A stretch of 63,742 nucleotides of DNA, counting the filler, from Phoronis australis (lineage: Eukaryota; Animalia; Phoronida), in NCBI GenBank assembly GCA_002633005.1. It is 7 parts of 6 records of this genome, joined end to end, with 100 filler letters (N's around TTAATTAATTAA, not from the genome) between each part and the next. Parts side by side here need not be neighbours in the genome. Positions count along the whole stretch, not along the records: positions 1 to 17,396 come from NMRA01000068.1; 6 more parts are not named here. The stretch is one strand, 5' to 3'. Below the pieces are notes generated by a model. The model did not search any database. It was not told the DNA's origin and saw only the letters and a program-made list of their open reading frames with translations. A program made the position numbers and the translations under genes. Shown piece by piece: positions 1-11,449 of the stretch. Positions within the stretch are counted from its first letter, which is position 1. Every line of letters starts with the position of its first letter.

Positions 1-461
1 TACTTCAAAATTGAAAAATACATTCTTGCCAAAAATTGTGAACTTTTGGAATTTCATAAGAGATGGTCTCCTATGGCTCTTTTGTTTCGTTGACTGGGGT
101 TACAACTAAGATTTAGGGCCCCGGAGTGAATGAGTGTATGAATGCATATATTCCCTTTAAATTTAGTATATGTCTCACGCTATTTATGGATGACTACATG
201 TTAAAAAAAAGAAACTGAGATAGCCCAGTCCCATAACGTGGATGCAGAAGAATCATGGAAATGGTGACTACAGTGAAGGGAAAGCAACTTCGGCTATCAA
301 GGTGGTGAAAGGCATACTTAAAGTTATGAAATTCTATGTCAGAAGACCCTTGGACGTCCTAAATGCACATGTTGACTTTATTGGAAATGAGCTTTTTAAG
401 AATGACTGTCTCCAGTCTTTTCAAAAACTTCCTGAGGATCACTCAACGATATTTTCCCAGA

Positions 462-845
462 ATGGAACAGGCCAAAATGCATCCACTTTGTAGCTGTGCA
501 GGACTTAAGTGGCCGTAAAGCGGTACACATTCGAAGTTATGACGAAGACAACTCTCCACCTGGCATACTTGTCGCGACAAAGACCGAAATCTATCTCACA
601 TAAGGCGAATATGAGAAACTCCAGGGATTCTTTGAGATTGTAAATGAAGATTTTAAAAAAACTTAAAGAAAAAGGCAGTGTTCCCACAAAGAAACATAAA
701 GCTACTGCTGCCCCCAACCCTACCAGTGTTAAACCCAGTGTAACGAGCAGAGAACAAAAGTACGAAATACAGAATTGGATCAACAACACTGACGACAACC
801 AATAACTCTCTGGAACCCAAGAGAACCAGCAGATGACATTGGAGA
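462..845 (+). pseudogene. Degraded copy of the PC4-like ORF at 1992-2384
   Basis: Nucleotide similarity to 1992-2384 (aatggaacaggccaaaatgcatccact... gtacacattcga.gttatgacgaagacaac... aatatgagaaactc.agggattctttgagat), with a stop, deletions and frameshifts. Confidence 0.7.
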
Positions 846-1240
846 CAGGAACATAACAACACAGCAGACAGCGCCAGTACTCGTTTTATACCAACTCCAG
901 TTCGCGCTTGCACGGTTTGTCCTTCCGGCATCTGCCATTTATGTAAGAAGTTTACTTCCAATATAGTTCTTCAAATACGAGTCGTTTTTCCTATTGGCGA
1001 GGTGGTACCTAGTTTGAATTCATGCCCCGGACACTGATAAACAAGTGGCCTGAACTGTATTACTGGAAAAATTGTTCTAAAGAGTGAGGATTGTAAGTTG
1101 ACAGACATTTTTACATTGGCGGTTGTGTGCCCTAATTATTGCACAGTGACTCACACACTTTCGGAAGGCGTGACCTACTTTACTTGTGTGGCTTGTTTAT
1201 ATTGTATCATTTGTGTGATTTGTGAATGAGCAATCAAGGA

Positions 1241-1715
1241 ATGACGTCTGTCCGTGCCCCTAAACAGTGGCAGCTTACGAAAAACGAAACAATCAACTCC
1301 TACGAGAGTTGGAGACAGAATTTGCTACATATACTGTTTTTAGAACAAAAACGTCTCACCATTTCTGAAAGAAGGTGCAACCTGGCTAAAGAAATTGTCC
1401 ACTAACCCTCTGCGAGGCCTGCTGGATGACGGAGACACTGTTCCAGAGGACCGACTTCCTGCCATCCAGAAAAATGCTTCTCATCAGTCAAATTGCGAAC
1501 TTTTGCCCAACTATTTCCCGCAACTCAATTGTTCGGGATTCGACAAGCCTAACCGAAATCAGGCAGAAGATAAGACTGCAGTATGGGTTTGCATCGACGG
1601 GCTCTCAGTTTCTCGACCTTGAGGACACAAGAATGCAAGTTGACAAACGCCCAGATGACCTCTTCCAGCGTCTTACCGCATTTTTTGAGGACAGCTTGCT
1701 CACCACTAATTGCGG
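1241..1715 (+). mobile_element. LTR-retrotransposon polyprotein N-terminal (gag-like) fragment, frameshifted
   Basis: ATG at 1241 reads [29 protein letters not shown]. Across frameshifts it continues [13 protein letters not shown]...[10 protein letters not shown]...[21 protein letters not shown]...[13 protein letters not shown]...RPDDLFQRLTAFFEDSLL. I recognise this as the N-terminus of an aquatic-animal LTR-retrotransposon polyprotein; superfamily not assigned. Confidence 0.7.
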
Positions 1716-1991
1716 CGTGTTTCCCAAGTTCATGAAGGGTTGTCTGAATGGAGTTGTCTTAGAGCCCTGGTGACAGTATGCCAGGTACTTTGGAGATTGA
1801 TGTCACCGACTAGTTGCTCAAAGAAAGTGAGACAGACCAGTCCCATAACATGGATGCAGAAATTCTATGTCAGAAGATCCTTGGACATCGTAAAGACATG
1901 TGTTGACTTAATTGGAAAGAGCTTCTTAAGAATGACTGTTGCCAGTCCTTTCAAAAACTTCCTGAGTATCACTCAACGATATTTTCACAGA

Positions 1992-2384
1992 ATGGAACAG
2001 GCCAAAATGCATCCACTGTGCAGGAACATATTTGTAACCCTGAAGGACTTCAAAGGTCGTCAAGTAGTACACATTCGACGTTATGACGAAGACAACGCTC
2101 AACCAGGCATACTTTTCCCGACAAAGACTGGAACATGTCTCAAAGAAGGTGAATATGAGAAACTCAGGGGATTCTTTGAGATCGTTAACGAAGACCTAAA
2201 GAAACGTAAAGAAAAAAGCAGAGTTCACACAAACAAACGTAAAGCGTCCGTGGCCCCAACCCTACCATTGTATAAACCAAGTGCAAGGAGCAGAAAACAA
2301 AGAAACGAAATACGGAATTGGGTAGACAACGCTGAAGACAACCAAGAACTCTTTGCAACCAAACAGACCCAGCAAATGACATAG
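1992..2384 (+). CDS. Intronless PC4/Sub1-like ssDNA-binding domain protein (130 aa), probably mobile-element or virus derived
   Basis: MEQAKMHPLCRNIFVTLKDFKGRQVVHIRRYDED...LFPTKTGTCLKEGEYEKL matches the PC4 fold pattern (V-x-x-F-K-G...V-x-I-R-x-Y...P-x-K-x-G-x-x-L...W/Y-x-x-L), followed by a basic tail. Confidence 0.7.
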   Translation: MEQAKMHPLCRNIFVTLKDFKGRQVVHIRRYDEDNAQPGILFPTKTGTCLKEGEYEKLRGFFEIVNEDLKKRKEKSRVHTNKRKASVAPTLPLYKPSARSRKQRNEIRNWVDNAEDNQELFATKQTQQMT

Positions 2385-2440
2385 AGACAGTTATATAACA
2401 TGACAACAGACGGTGAATTTAACAGCTGAGAGACACTAAN

Positions 2441-3442
2441 TGGATACTAGAAGCTCAACCTGACAATACCTTTCTTGGACCACGTTGTAGATCAAATGTG
2501 TGAGTTTGTAGTTGAAATTTTTTTAAGATATTGCCAAATATTTAGACAGTGAGCTTAAAATCATGATGCATTTCCAATTTGGAGTCCTCACACATAAGCC
2601 TATAATGGGAATGGATGCTTTGCCTGCATGTGTTGTGGATGGAGACATTAATGGCGAGAGATTGTCATACTTTCTAGAAGACATTTGCACTGAAGTTCAG
2701 GATGCCGAGCACGTTTGTGGAAGTTAAGAAATCAACTTTATGAAGATGTCAACATAGTCACCAATTATGTGAGCGTTTGACACTAAATTTGAAACATAAA
2801 TTCAAATTTGATGTTGGCATCTTTGAATGCTTATTTTAGAACTACTGGAAAACCCTGGTACCAGAGCAGAGACCAGCATTGACACTCCAACTTCTCAAGG
2901 AACACAGTCGAATCATGTATCCGAACGGGCACACCATATTAAAGATCATCTGCATGTTTCCTGTGATATGTGAAGCAGACAGATCCTTCAGCACATTAAG
3001 AAGACTGTCAACAATAACAAACGATCAACTCTCTGCCCTGGTGCTCATGAACACTCACAGGGCCATTCCTGAAGACGTTAAGAGTATCGTCCGAGCCTTC
3101 TTACTGAAAGCTGGTAACACAGTGACTTATTCATTGCTGGCTTCTCAAACCATGCGTACTCACGGACACTCCAAAGGCATTACAAATTGTATCTAATGAG
3201 ACAAACTTTGTTTCAGTTTTATATAAGCACTGGCCAGGGTGAGAATACTTCATTTTGAAACAGAACGCACCACAATAAACGTCAACGTGGCCGACTTAGA
3301 TGAGTGCTCATACGACAAAGACTTCACAGTTCGAACCGTAATACACTGATCAAGAAATACTAATAGGCGTTGTGAACGTGCACAGACATATGGATATAGT
3401 TCCGACAGGAAAACCGTTGGAATAACTTGTCATGGAGTCAGT
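2441..3442 (+). repeat. ~1-kb direct duplication of 4688-5695 (hAT C-terminus plus KolX 5' part)
   Basis: Both copies start tggatactagaagctcaacc and end ttgtcatgg(a/t)gtcagt, with scattered substitutions and indels. This copy starts right after a single N at 2440. Confidence 0.9.
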
Positions 3443-4233
3443 CCACAATATACCCGTTTGAAATATGACTAGCATCATAAATAAGGTATGCAATAAACTT
3501 TCACTGTATTTTTCATTTACTTTCAACTGTCCCATGACAGTTATGTTCAATTTCAATTTTTCAGGTTGTTCGGTTCTTCAACTTTTCGCTGAACAAAAAT
3601 GATGAGCTGCAACGTGTGATAGAGAAAAGTGGTTAACCAGCGCCAAAACCTGTGGGAATTATGTACAACTGGATGAGTGAAAAGGAACGTCGTATACAAC
3701 GTGTTCATCAACCAAAACCCTCAAGTACAAACTTAGACTTGATACTCTGTGTCATAATTTAGTGTGGTAAACCTTAATTAGATGATAGAATTAGTGTCAA
3801 GTTTACTCTTCACCAACATTGTACATTTTTGTAAATTTTCACAGATAGCTCAAGCTCTACAGAATATCAGCACCTAGCGAAGGTATTACAGCGTTCTCCC
3901 ATTGAGTCTAACTTAATCGGTTGTAAAGCACAACAAGTTGGGTAGATGACCGCTGTAGCCAATATCTTACACAACTGATTGACAAATGGAGAAAATGACT
4001 TTGGTTACCATCGTTTATTCATTGTTGTTGATGAAAACCTCTACCCGATGTCGAGAGTAGTTCTGCTAGGTTTCAGCAACCTTTTGAAGCCTTGTAGATA
4101 ATTTGACTGCATGTTGTCATACCAGACAAAAGACTGTGCTGGGCAGTAAAAGGAGCCACATGATATCACAGGGACAGAATCCACTCTATGTCTGGTAAAG
4201 TCACTGAACGGAAGAACGCCGAAATTTTTCAAC

Positions 4234-5380
4234 TTGGAAAGATCCTCAGATGCCACTCAGTTCCTACACACCATAACTAACTTCGTCATCACACTGATTA
4301 CTGTGAATGAAGTAATAAACTACCTAAAGAAGATAACAGTGTGTCTTCAAAGAACAGAGGTAGACATTGTCGAGGGGTTTAAATATATCGACACCACCCC
4401 CACAACACTGACAAGTGTAAAATCTATTAGTAATAGCTAAAGCAATGTTTCATTTTGTAAACATCAAATTGCGTATCATTTTTGATCCTACGTAATTTCA
4501 TGTAAACAAAAACATCAATTATATTTAATTTAAGATTCGAGCTCATGACATCGATGGGTTTCATCAGCAGGCTTTTGATAAAGCTGCGGCTTACGTCCCT
4601 TCTGTTGGAGCTGAGTTCTCACGACCCAATGGTTGTAGGCAAGATGTCCTACAGACTGAACAGCGGCAGCAACGAAGATTCCACGTCTGGATACTAGAAG
4701 CTCAACCTGACAATACCTTTCTTGGACCACGTTGTAGATCAAATGTGTGAGTTTGTAGTTGAATTTTTTTAAAGATATTGCCAAATATTTAGACAATGAG
4801 CTTAAAATCATTATGCATTTCCAATTTGAAGTCCTCACTCATCAGGCTATCATGGGAATGGATGCTTTGCCTGCATGTGTTGTGGATGGAGACATTAAAG
4901 GCGAGAGATTGTCATACTTTCTAGAAGACGTTTGCACTCAAGTTCAGGATGCCGAGCACGTTTGTGGAAGTTAAGAACTATATGAAGACGTCAACATAGT
5001 CACCAATTATGCGCACGACATGTGAGCGTTTGACACTAAATTTGAAACATAAATTCAAATTTGATGTTGGCATCTTTGAATGCTTATTTTAGAGCTACTG
5101 GAAAACCGTGTTACCAGAGCAGAGACCAGCATCGACACTCCAACCTCTAAAGGAACACAGTCAAATTATGTATCCGAACGGGCACACCATATTAAAGATC
5201 ATCTGCATGTTTCCTGTGATATGTGAAGCAGAAAGATCCTTCAGCACATAATAAGAAAACTGTCAACAATAACAAACGATCAACTCTCTGCCTTGCCGCT
5301 CATGAACGCTCACAGGGCCATTCCTGTAGACGTTAAGAGTATCATCCGAGCCTTCTTACTGAAAGCTGGTAACGCAGTGA
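4234..5380 (+). pseudogene. hAT-superfamily transposase relic (intron-containing), including the C-terminal dimerisation domain
   Basis: Segments ATQFLHTITNFVITLITVNEVINYLKKITVCLQRTEVDIVEG, then TIPFLDHVVDQM followed by a gtgagt donor, then YPNGHTILKIICMFPVICEA(E/D)RSFS...NDQLSAL.LMN.HR (hATC motif). Confidence 0.75.
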
Positions 5381-5538
5381 CTTATTCATTGCTGGCTTCT
5401 CAAACCATGCACACTCACGGACACTCCAAAGGCATTACAAATTGTATCTGAGACAAACTTTGTTTCAGTTTTATATAAGCACTGGCCAGGGTGAGAATAC
5501 TTCATTTTGAAACAGAACGCACCACAATAAACGTCAAC

Positions 5539-5922
5539 GTGGCCAACTTAGACGAGTGCTCATACGACAAAGACTTCACAGTTCGAACCGTAATGCACTA
5601 ATCAAGAAATACTAGATAGGCGTTGTGAACGTGCACAGACATATGGATATAGTTCCGACAGGAAAGCCGTTGGAATGACTTGTCATGGTGTCAGTGCGCT
5701 AACGGCATGATAATGGAAACGACTGACTCTTGTGTAGTGTTGCCACAAATAACGCCTTCTTGGAGAAGCGCAGATGTGTCTCACGGACCATCCTGATTTT
5801 GCACTGCATCAAAACAGAGGTGTGCTTACGACGTTTTTAGGGCTGGGAAAAGGGACTGGTGAAAACATCCCACACCCAGAGGACGAAACAGAACCCTTAA
5901 CAACAAGTCAGTTATCAAACAG
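5539..5922 (+). pseudogene. KolX / P2X7 cytoplasmic (ballast) domain-like exon relic
   Basis: Across frameshifts: QFEP...SRWNDLSWCQCANGMIMETTDSCV..CC...CLTDHPDF...NRGVL...LSNR, then a GT donor at 5923 and an AG acceptor at 5969-5970. This is the Cys-rich WCxCxxC...CC...CxTxHPxF pattern. Confidence 0.7.
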
Positions 5923-5974
5923 GTTAATACTGTTATGTTCTCATGCCGTGAATTTAAAGTATTTGCTTAGATTT

Positions 5975-6341
5975 TCCTGACCAACTATTAATCAAAAACT
6001 GATCAACAACCGATCCGCTTTTCTTTGTCTTATGCCTGCCAAATGGAAACCGTACACTAGGCACATCTGACTTCAGCCTCAGTCTCCTGTTCTGCCCTGG
6101 CATGAGCCGTTTGGTAAGCCGGCATTCGATTGTCAGAGAAATGACTGTTGACGAAACGTCAGCCACAGACACGGTGAAGTTTCAAGTCCTCGTACTAGGT
6201 ATTAATGGCGTACTTGTCATTCTTCACTACTGCGAGCCACTTCCAAAGCATTATGGACTCTCGAGGAAGTGGAAAAAACGACATACCAGCTTGTCTCGCA
6301 GCTTAATAGTTCCCACAAGTGGCAACGATACACCACACCAT
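5975..6341 (-). pseudogene. THAP zinc-finger domain relic (transposase N-terminus)
   Basis: ATG at 6341: MVWCIVATCGNY*AARQAGMSFFPLPRESIMLWKWLAVVKND...HRVCG*RF...F, then after a frameshift RRLRLKSDVPSV. Matches the THAP C-x4-C...P...W...C..(H)F...(A)VP pattern, with stops. Confidence 0.75.
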
Positions 6342-8653
6342 AGCGGCACTCACTCTGCAGAAGAACCGCAGCATCGTTTCTCACCTCCCTCACAAATAAA
6401 TGCGACACCTGTCGGCAAGGTAAGATCGACCCATTAAGACAGTAAAAAAGACTAATTAAATGGGGTGACATTCTCCTTTAAGACTAGACTTGGCAGAGTT
6501 TGTAAGAAACCTGCAATCTATGGTTCGTACGATTTCTCTTAATCATTATTCATGCTTTGTACGACAATAGATGTCACTGTTGTTGTAGTGATGATGCATA
6601 ATTGTACATTAAGTAGTTAGTTGTAGCAGTTGGCTGCTGAAGCTGGAAGAGAATGTTAAGAATATTGGTTTCCGTGGTTTCTGCCTGGTGGCATTAAATG
6701 TCAGTGTGACACATTAGTGCTATGGTCTGTCAAGACGAAAATAAAAGTTGCGTGGAAATCAAATTGTGAGTTTTATCAGTCTTTGAAGAACATATAATGT
6801 GCCAGCCTGAACACAACTCATTACCAGCAATTCCTGCATGAAAGAACAGTGACTGCGTAGATTTTAATGATGATGGCAAGTCACCTAGTCACTGTGTGAT
6901 TACGTGGCCAGTTTCACTGAACCCATACCGTTCCTGCAATGCACGACAGGTAAAGAAACAAAATTTTGTTAAATTACATTGTCTGATTGCAACGGGCCTG
7001 GTAAGGTAATGCACAAACAGTTAGCATTACTAACAGAGTCAAACATATTTATCAGCAATTTCACAAGGCTATCATATCTAAAGAATCTATTGGCATCACA
7101 AAGGCACTGAACAACAAATTATGCACCTTATGGAAAGTAAAATTCAATCTGTCACGGGAGCGGGGTGATAGTGTACATGTGGTGGACATTTCAAATTAGT
7201 TCAGTACATCGCAGCGTCTCCTATGAAAATGCATGTCCACACAAGTCCTACAAGTCAAACGTGCATTCATCATGAGCATACTGGACTATTTCAAGTGTTC
7301 AAGTCAGCCGACTGTTCCAGATAAAATGTGGGAGGAGAGATTGCTCAGTCCTGCTTCACCACGGCAACATGTTGGCCGACTCAGAAAATGTCAACCTAAG
7401 GTAGTAGTGCTCGATGAGATCGCCATCAACAAGAGCCCTACTGTTGAAGTGGAAAGGTCGACAACTGTGGAATCATCAGGGCCGCAAGACCAGAGAAAAA
7501 GAAAGTACAGAAAATACGAGAACTGAACAAATATAAATGTGAGCACTGACTACCAACAGGAATTAGCTACAGTTCAAGTACCCTTTTTCAAAAGGAATTT
7601 ATCCTAATATTACTGGTGATGGTCATGAATTGAGAAACACTATGATAGTATTTTCAAAGATTTTTCACTTCTCAATGATGGATTGAAGGAACACTGGCTC
7701 AACTATTATGGTCCAAAAGAATATTTTCCCCATGGTGCTTTTTGACGAATTTGACAACAGAGATAACCTAGAGCATCCTTGGAAACCAACTGCCTCAAAA
7801 AATTATTTTTTTGACAAAGTAACAATATCAAACCTTTTTCTACCAGCAGATGAGATTTTTATACAAGGTGGATTAGACTGGTAAACTGAATCCAGATAAA
7901 GACTAGTTTTGTTCTGGAAAAAATCTCCTAAGAGATATGGTTACAGTCAGGCCCTGTGTGTTGTGGAAAGGAATAAAGTCTCGGAAAAAATTATTTTTGT
8001 ACAACTTCAAAACAGTCAGCATGACAGTCTATGACTTTCTTGAACATTTATGTAATTTAAAAATGTGTGTGACATATTGTGCAATTAAGAGTTGACAAGA
8101 TGATTCCAGACCAATTGCCACGTCTTGAACTGCAACAGCGCCCTCTCTCATTATGCAGTATTTAACCACAATGCTGCGCATACATAGGGTACTTGCCACA
8201 CAGATGTACACTGTTGCCATGCAAATCACAACTCTGCACTAAAATTAATTTTGCATTAAATATGATACCCTATACCATTGAATAGTGACTTGTAATAAAG
8301 ATGAAAAAAAATTAAAAGCAGCTTGCGCAACTAGTCGTCCTCCATTTGTGACTAGGCTCAGAAGTATGTCAGAGGCCCTACCTTTCGAAAACAAGATCAA
8401 TCATCCAATGCATTTTTATCTCAGTCTACAAAAGATGCGAGTTGAAATCCAAAAGTGAGAATTCATGCTAAGTAGCAAACTTCTTCAAAATAGCATCAGA
8501 TGCAGTGATCAGAACATGCATAATATCTGACTAAGGTTTAGAGATCAGCCTAATCTTTCTTTACATTTCACAAACTGGTGTAATCATTCTAACTGAAGGT
8601 TTGGCTTGTCAATGTGGCATGTTTCAAATATTGCACATCAACTTGGTCTCACG

Positions 8654-8827
8654 CTAGTCCCATTCTTCTTCAGCCTCATCATCTCGGTTCTCTACAGGGG
8701 GAGCCTCCATCTGGATGTTACTCAGAAGGTCCCTCATGGCTGCCATAAGAGCATTCACACCGGCCTGAAGCTGGTTGCCTTGGTTACCACCCACAGCGCC
8801 CTCTACATCTTCCCTTAGAGGTTCCTC
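8654..8827 (-). CDS. TCF25: TCF25 (Nulp1/RQC1 homolog), last coding exon
   Basis: EEPLREDVEG...GVNALMAAMRDLLSNIQMEAPPVENRDDEAEEEWD*, resembling the TCF25 C-terminus; acceptor ttcttcag at 8828. Confidence 0.9.
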   Translation of the reverse strand, partial: EEPLREDVEGAVGGNQGNQLQAGVNALMAAMRDLLSNIQMEAPPVENRDDEAEEEWD

Positions 8828-9458
8828 CTGAAGAAAACATTGCATGGTTTAGCTGAAACACATACAGTATACCTTAGATATTCCACTATGGCATAAACCG
8901 TCGTTTTGGATTTGCTGCGGTTTTTGTCAGTACCAAATTTGAATACATCTGACTTTCCATTCATAATTCACCCTGTCTATTCCCCGTTTTTAGTTAAACC
9001 AACATTCATACTCTTGAGCATATCATGGCTTTACATTCTATAATATAAATCATCAACTTAGTCAGGTGTTTAAGGGTCACGCATCCAAAATGACCCAAAA
9101 CACTTGTACTAGGTACGATAGAGTGCTGTAATGAACCAACCTGCAGGTTAAGTTGATTGCATTCAATTGTAAGACTTCTTTACTCCCTGTTACACCAAGA
9201 CAGTGGAATTAAAGGACCTCTATGCAAGCTTTTGATGAATATGGCTTGTGAGGTCTTGTTAAGCACATCTTTGAAGTTGGTACCTATGAACCTTTAAGCA
9301 GATAATTTGTTGTTTTCGTCTTGGTCTCGAAAAAGATGGATTATTCAAGGTATACAATGCAAAAGTAAATGTTACACTACATCTATGTAAATTATACTTT
9401 TGAATCAGAACCAAGCGCTTGCAGTGAATTGCTAGAATAAAACATCAACTAGAAGTAC

Positions 9459-9534
9459 CTGTGGATTGAAATTGGGCAGGAGAGATCGGAAAAACGTTGA
9501 CATGACGCTAGAATCTTGCTGTAGTCGAGTTGGC
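9459..9534 (-). CDS. TCF25: TCF25 coding exon
   Basis: PTRLQQDSSVMSTFFRSLLPNFNPQ (FFRSLLPN motif); AG/GT flanks; phases match neighbours. Confidence 0.9.
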
Positions 9535-11236
9535 CTAGAAAAAAATCAAAATGGGAAGATTAGAAGACAATCAACAACTGTACAGTGGAATTCAAACTGA
9601 AATGAATGCACTCACAAAGAACTAAAAACAGTTCAGGTAATTGGATACTTTCACTACCAAGGGTCACACTTTTGAAAATAAACAACTTGAAAACCCACGG
9701 AATGATATTTCCAAATCCTTGATGATTACAGAAGCACACTACACTGTACATGATGATAATACCTTACTGTTTGAAGTCACAGGATGGCGTTTTTTCTTAC
9801 AAAACGTTATTTTCCAAGTTCAGCGCGTGGTAAGTCGCGGCCGCCACATAGGCAACATATTTCACTCATCACTTAAAATTCCATCTCCAAGATCTATTAG
9901 GTACAATCGGATGTCTGGAAGGCATTGGAAAGGCCTATTTAGACCAAAAACCCATTGTCGAAAATCAAGACCTCGGACATTTTGCTTTTTCAATGAAATG
10001 ATCAGGGATACCAAAAGGCAGTGAAAGAGTTAATAAACTGAGCTGAATACACAAACACATTTTTATGAGCACACTCAAAATGATCTGGGGTTTACCCAAG
10101 CCAGACAAGATGAACTCAAGTCATGCAAGGACTAAACTTGACAAGACCGTAAACTCTTTTACAAGACTATCTGAAACCTTGCACATTTTTTTCTTATCCA
10201 TTGTTCAATCCCATAATTTGAAATAATAACATGTTGAAGGTGGAAGGGAGCGTTACGATAGGTAAAGTTACATGCGCACAAACATATACTGGAAAGGAAC
10301 CAATTGGAAGAGATGCAGTTCAGCGCCAGCCAGAGAACATTTAATGTCCTGGTCATGATCATCTTCCAAGTTAACACACCCTTGCAGAAAAATCCCCAAT
10401 CAAGAACACAATATGGCGCACAGGTGAAATTTTACTTTTCATTTTTTCATGATAGATAAGCAGCACCAATTAATTGCTTTTACCATTTTAAAGTTCAACG
10501 CCATACTATCAGACAATGTTTTAAGAAATTGCAAAAATTAGCAATAAAGTCAGACACTTTTGAAAATTGAAAAACGACCAATCTCATGACAGCGTTTTCC
10601 CGTTCAGTGACTTTACCAGACGAAGGGGGTTTTGAGCGTGTGATAACATCTAGCTTCTTTGTTAACTGCCAAGCAAAGTCTTTTGTCTGTTATGACAACA
10701 GGCAGGCCCATTATCTACCTCGCTTATTACAGACCACGTGCGAACACCGTCAAACCCAGAGTGAATTGGTACATTCAGAAAGAATAGATTATCGTAACTT
10801 CGGTTGCAGTTGGGCAATTTTGGCGATTCAAAAACTAAACATGACCACCATTAGACGAGGATTTCAAAAATGCTATTGGTTTACTTTCAAATATGTTATA
10901 ACTTAACAGAGCAGCCCAGTCAGGCTAAATACGATCTTTTTGAAGATTAGAGCAATTATCGAACAAAAGACAGCTGGCCCTCCAAACATGAGTGCCAGAA
11001 TGGAGTTAATCAATCGTGTAAGATATTGGCTACAGGGGTAAACTTCCCAACTTGTTGTTGGGCTATAGAATCGAACAAGTTGGGAGCAACGGGAAAACGC
11101 CATAATGTTGGCAATTTTTTAACAAAAATTGGCGTGATTTTACTTGTAACTCTTTTTGCTGCTGTAGTTCACGACAAAAACAAACCCATGACTCTACTGA
11201 ATGCTCTCTAACATTTTCTACAGTAAGCCATATTAC

Positions 11237-11316
11237 CTTGCAGGTCTTGTGTATGTCTGTATACTGTCCTTTGGAGGTAGAGGATCATAGCTCAGCACTG
11301 GCGTGTTAGACAACTC
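11237..11316 (-). CDS. TCF25: TCF25 coding exon
   Basis: ELSNTPVLSYDPLPPKDSIQTYTRPA (DPLPP motif); AG/GT flanks; 80 bp, phase-consistent. Confidence 0.9.
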
Positions 11317-11449
11317 CTAAAGAAGTGAAACCTCACTCAGCTACTGCGTTCCATTAAACGGCCTCCTCTCAATTTTCAAAATGTTCCTATTTTAAAGCCC
11401 ACACTCCACTATGTGCCCTGTCCCAATTTAGAGAATTAGGACTTTTAAG

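Larger units (their letters stand above)
5539..6477. mobile_element. Internally deleted Kolobok-type DNA transposon (KolX relic on +, THAP relic on -, right end at TTAA)
   Basis: Convergent KolX-like and THAP relics; right terminus ...cattctcct|TTAA (6478-6481). Left end not located. Confidence 0.65.

Noticed and set aside
1710-1991. N-terminal extension of the 224-aa tracked ORF
   Set aside because: It starts at a non-ATG codon at the end of the LTR fragment and crosses a ~78-bp deletion relative to copy 1; the ATG at 1992 is the better start.
4095-4215. Inverted match to ~10595-10720, suggesting a large TIR element around the TCF25 3' end
   Set aside because: Highly diverged, with no TSD; more simply two independent copies of a dispersed repeat.
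6578-6792. Candidate short solo LTR (tgtt...aataaa...aaca)
   Set aside because: No target-site duplication and no second copy to support it.
7272-7526. MSILDYFK...KRKYRKY, resembling a pogo-like transposase N-terminus
   Set aside because: Short, with no downstream HTH or DDE sequence; insufficient evidence.
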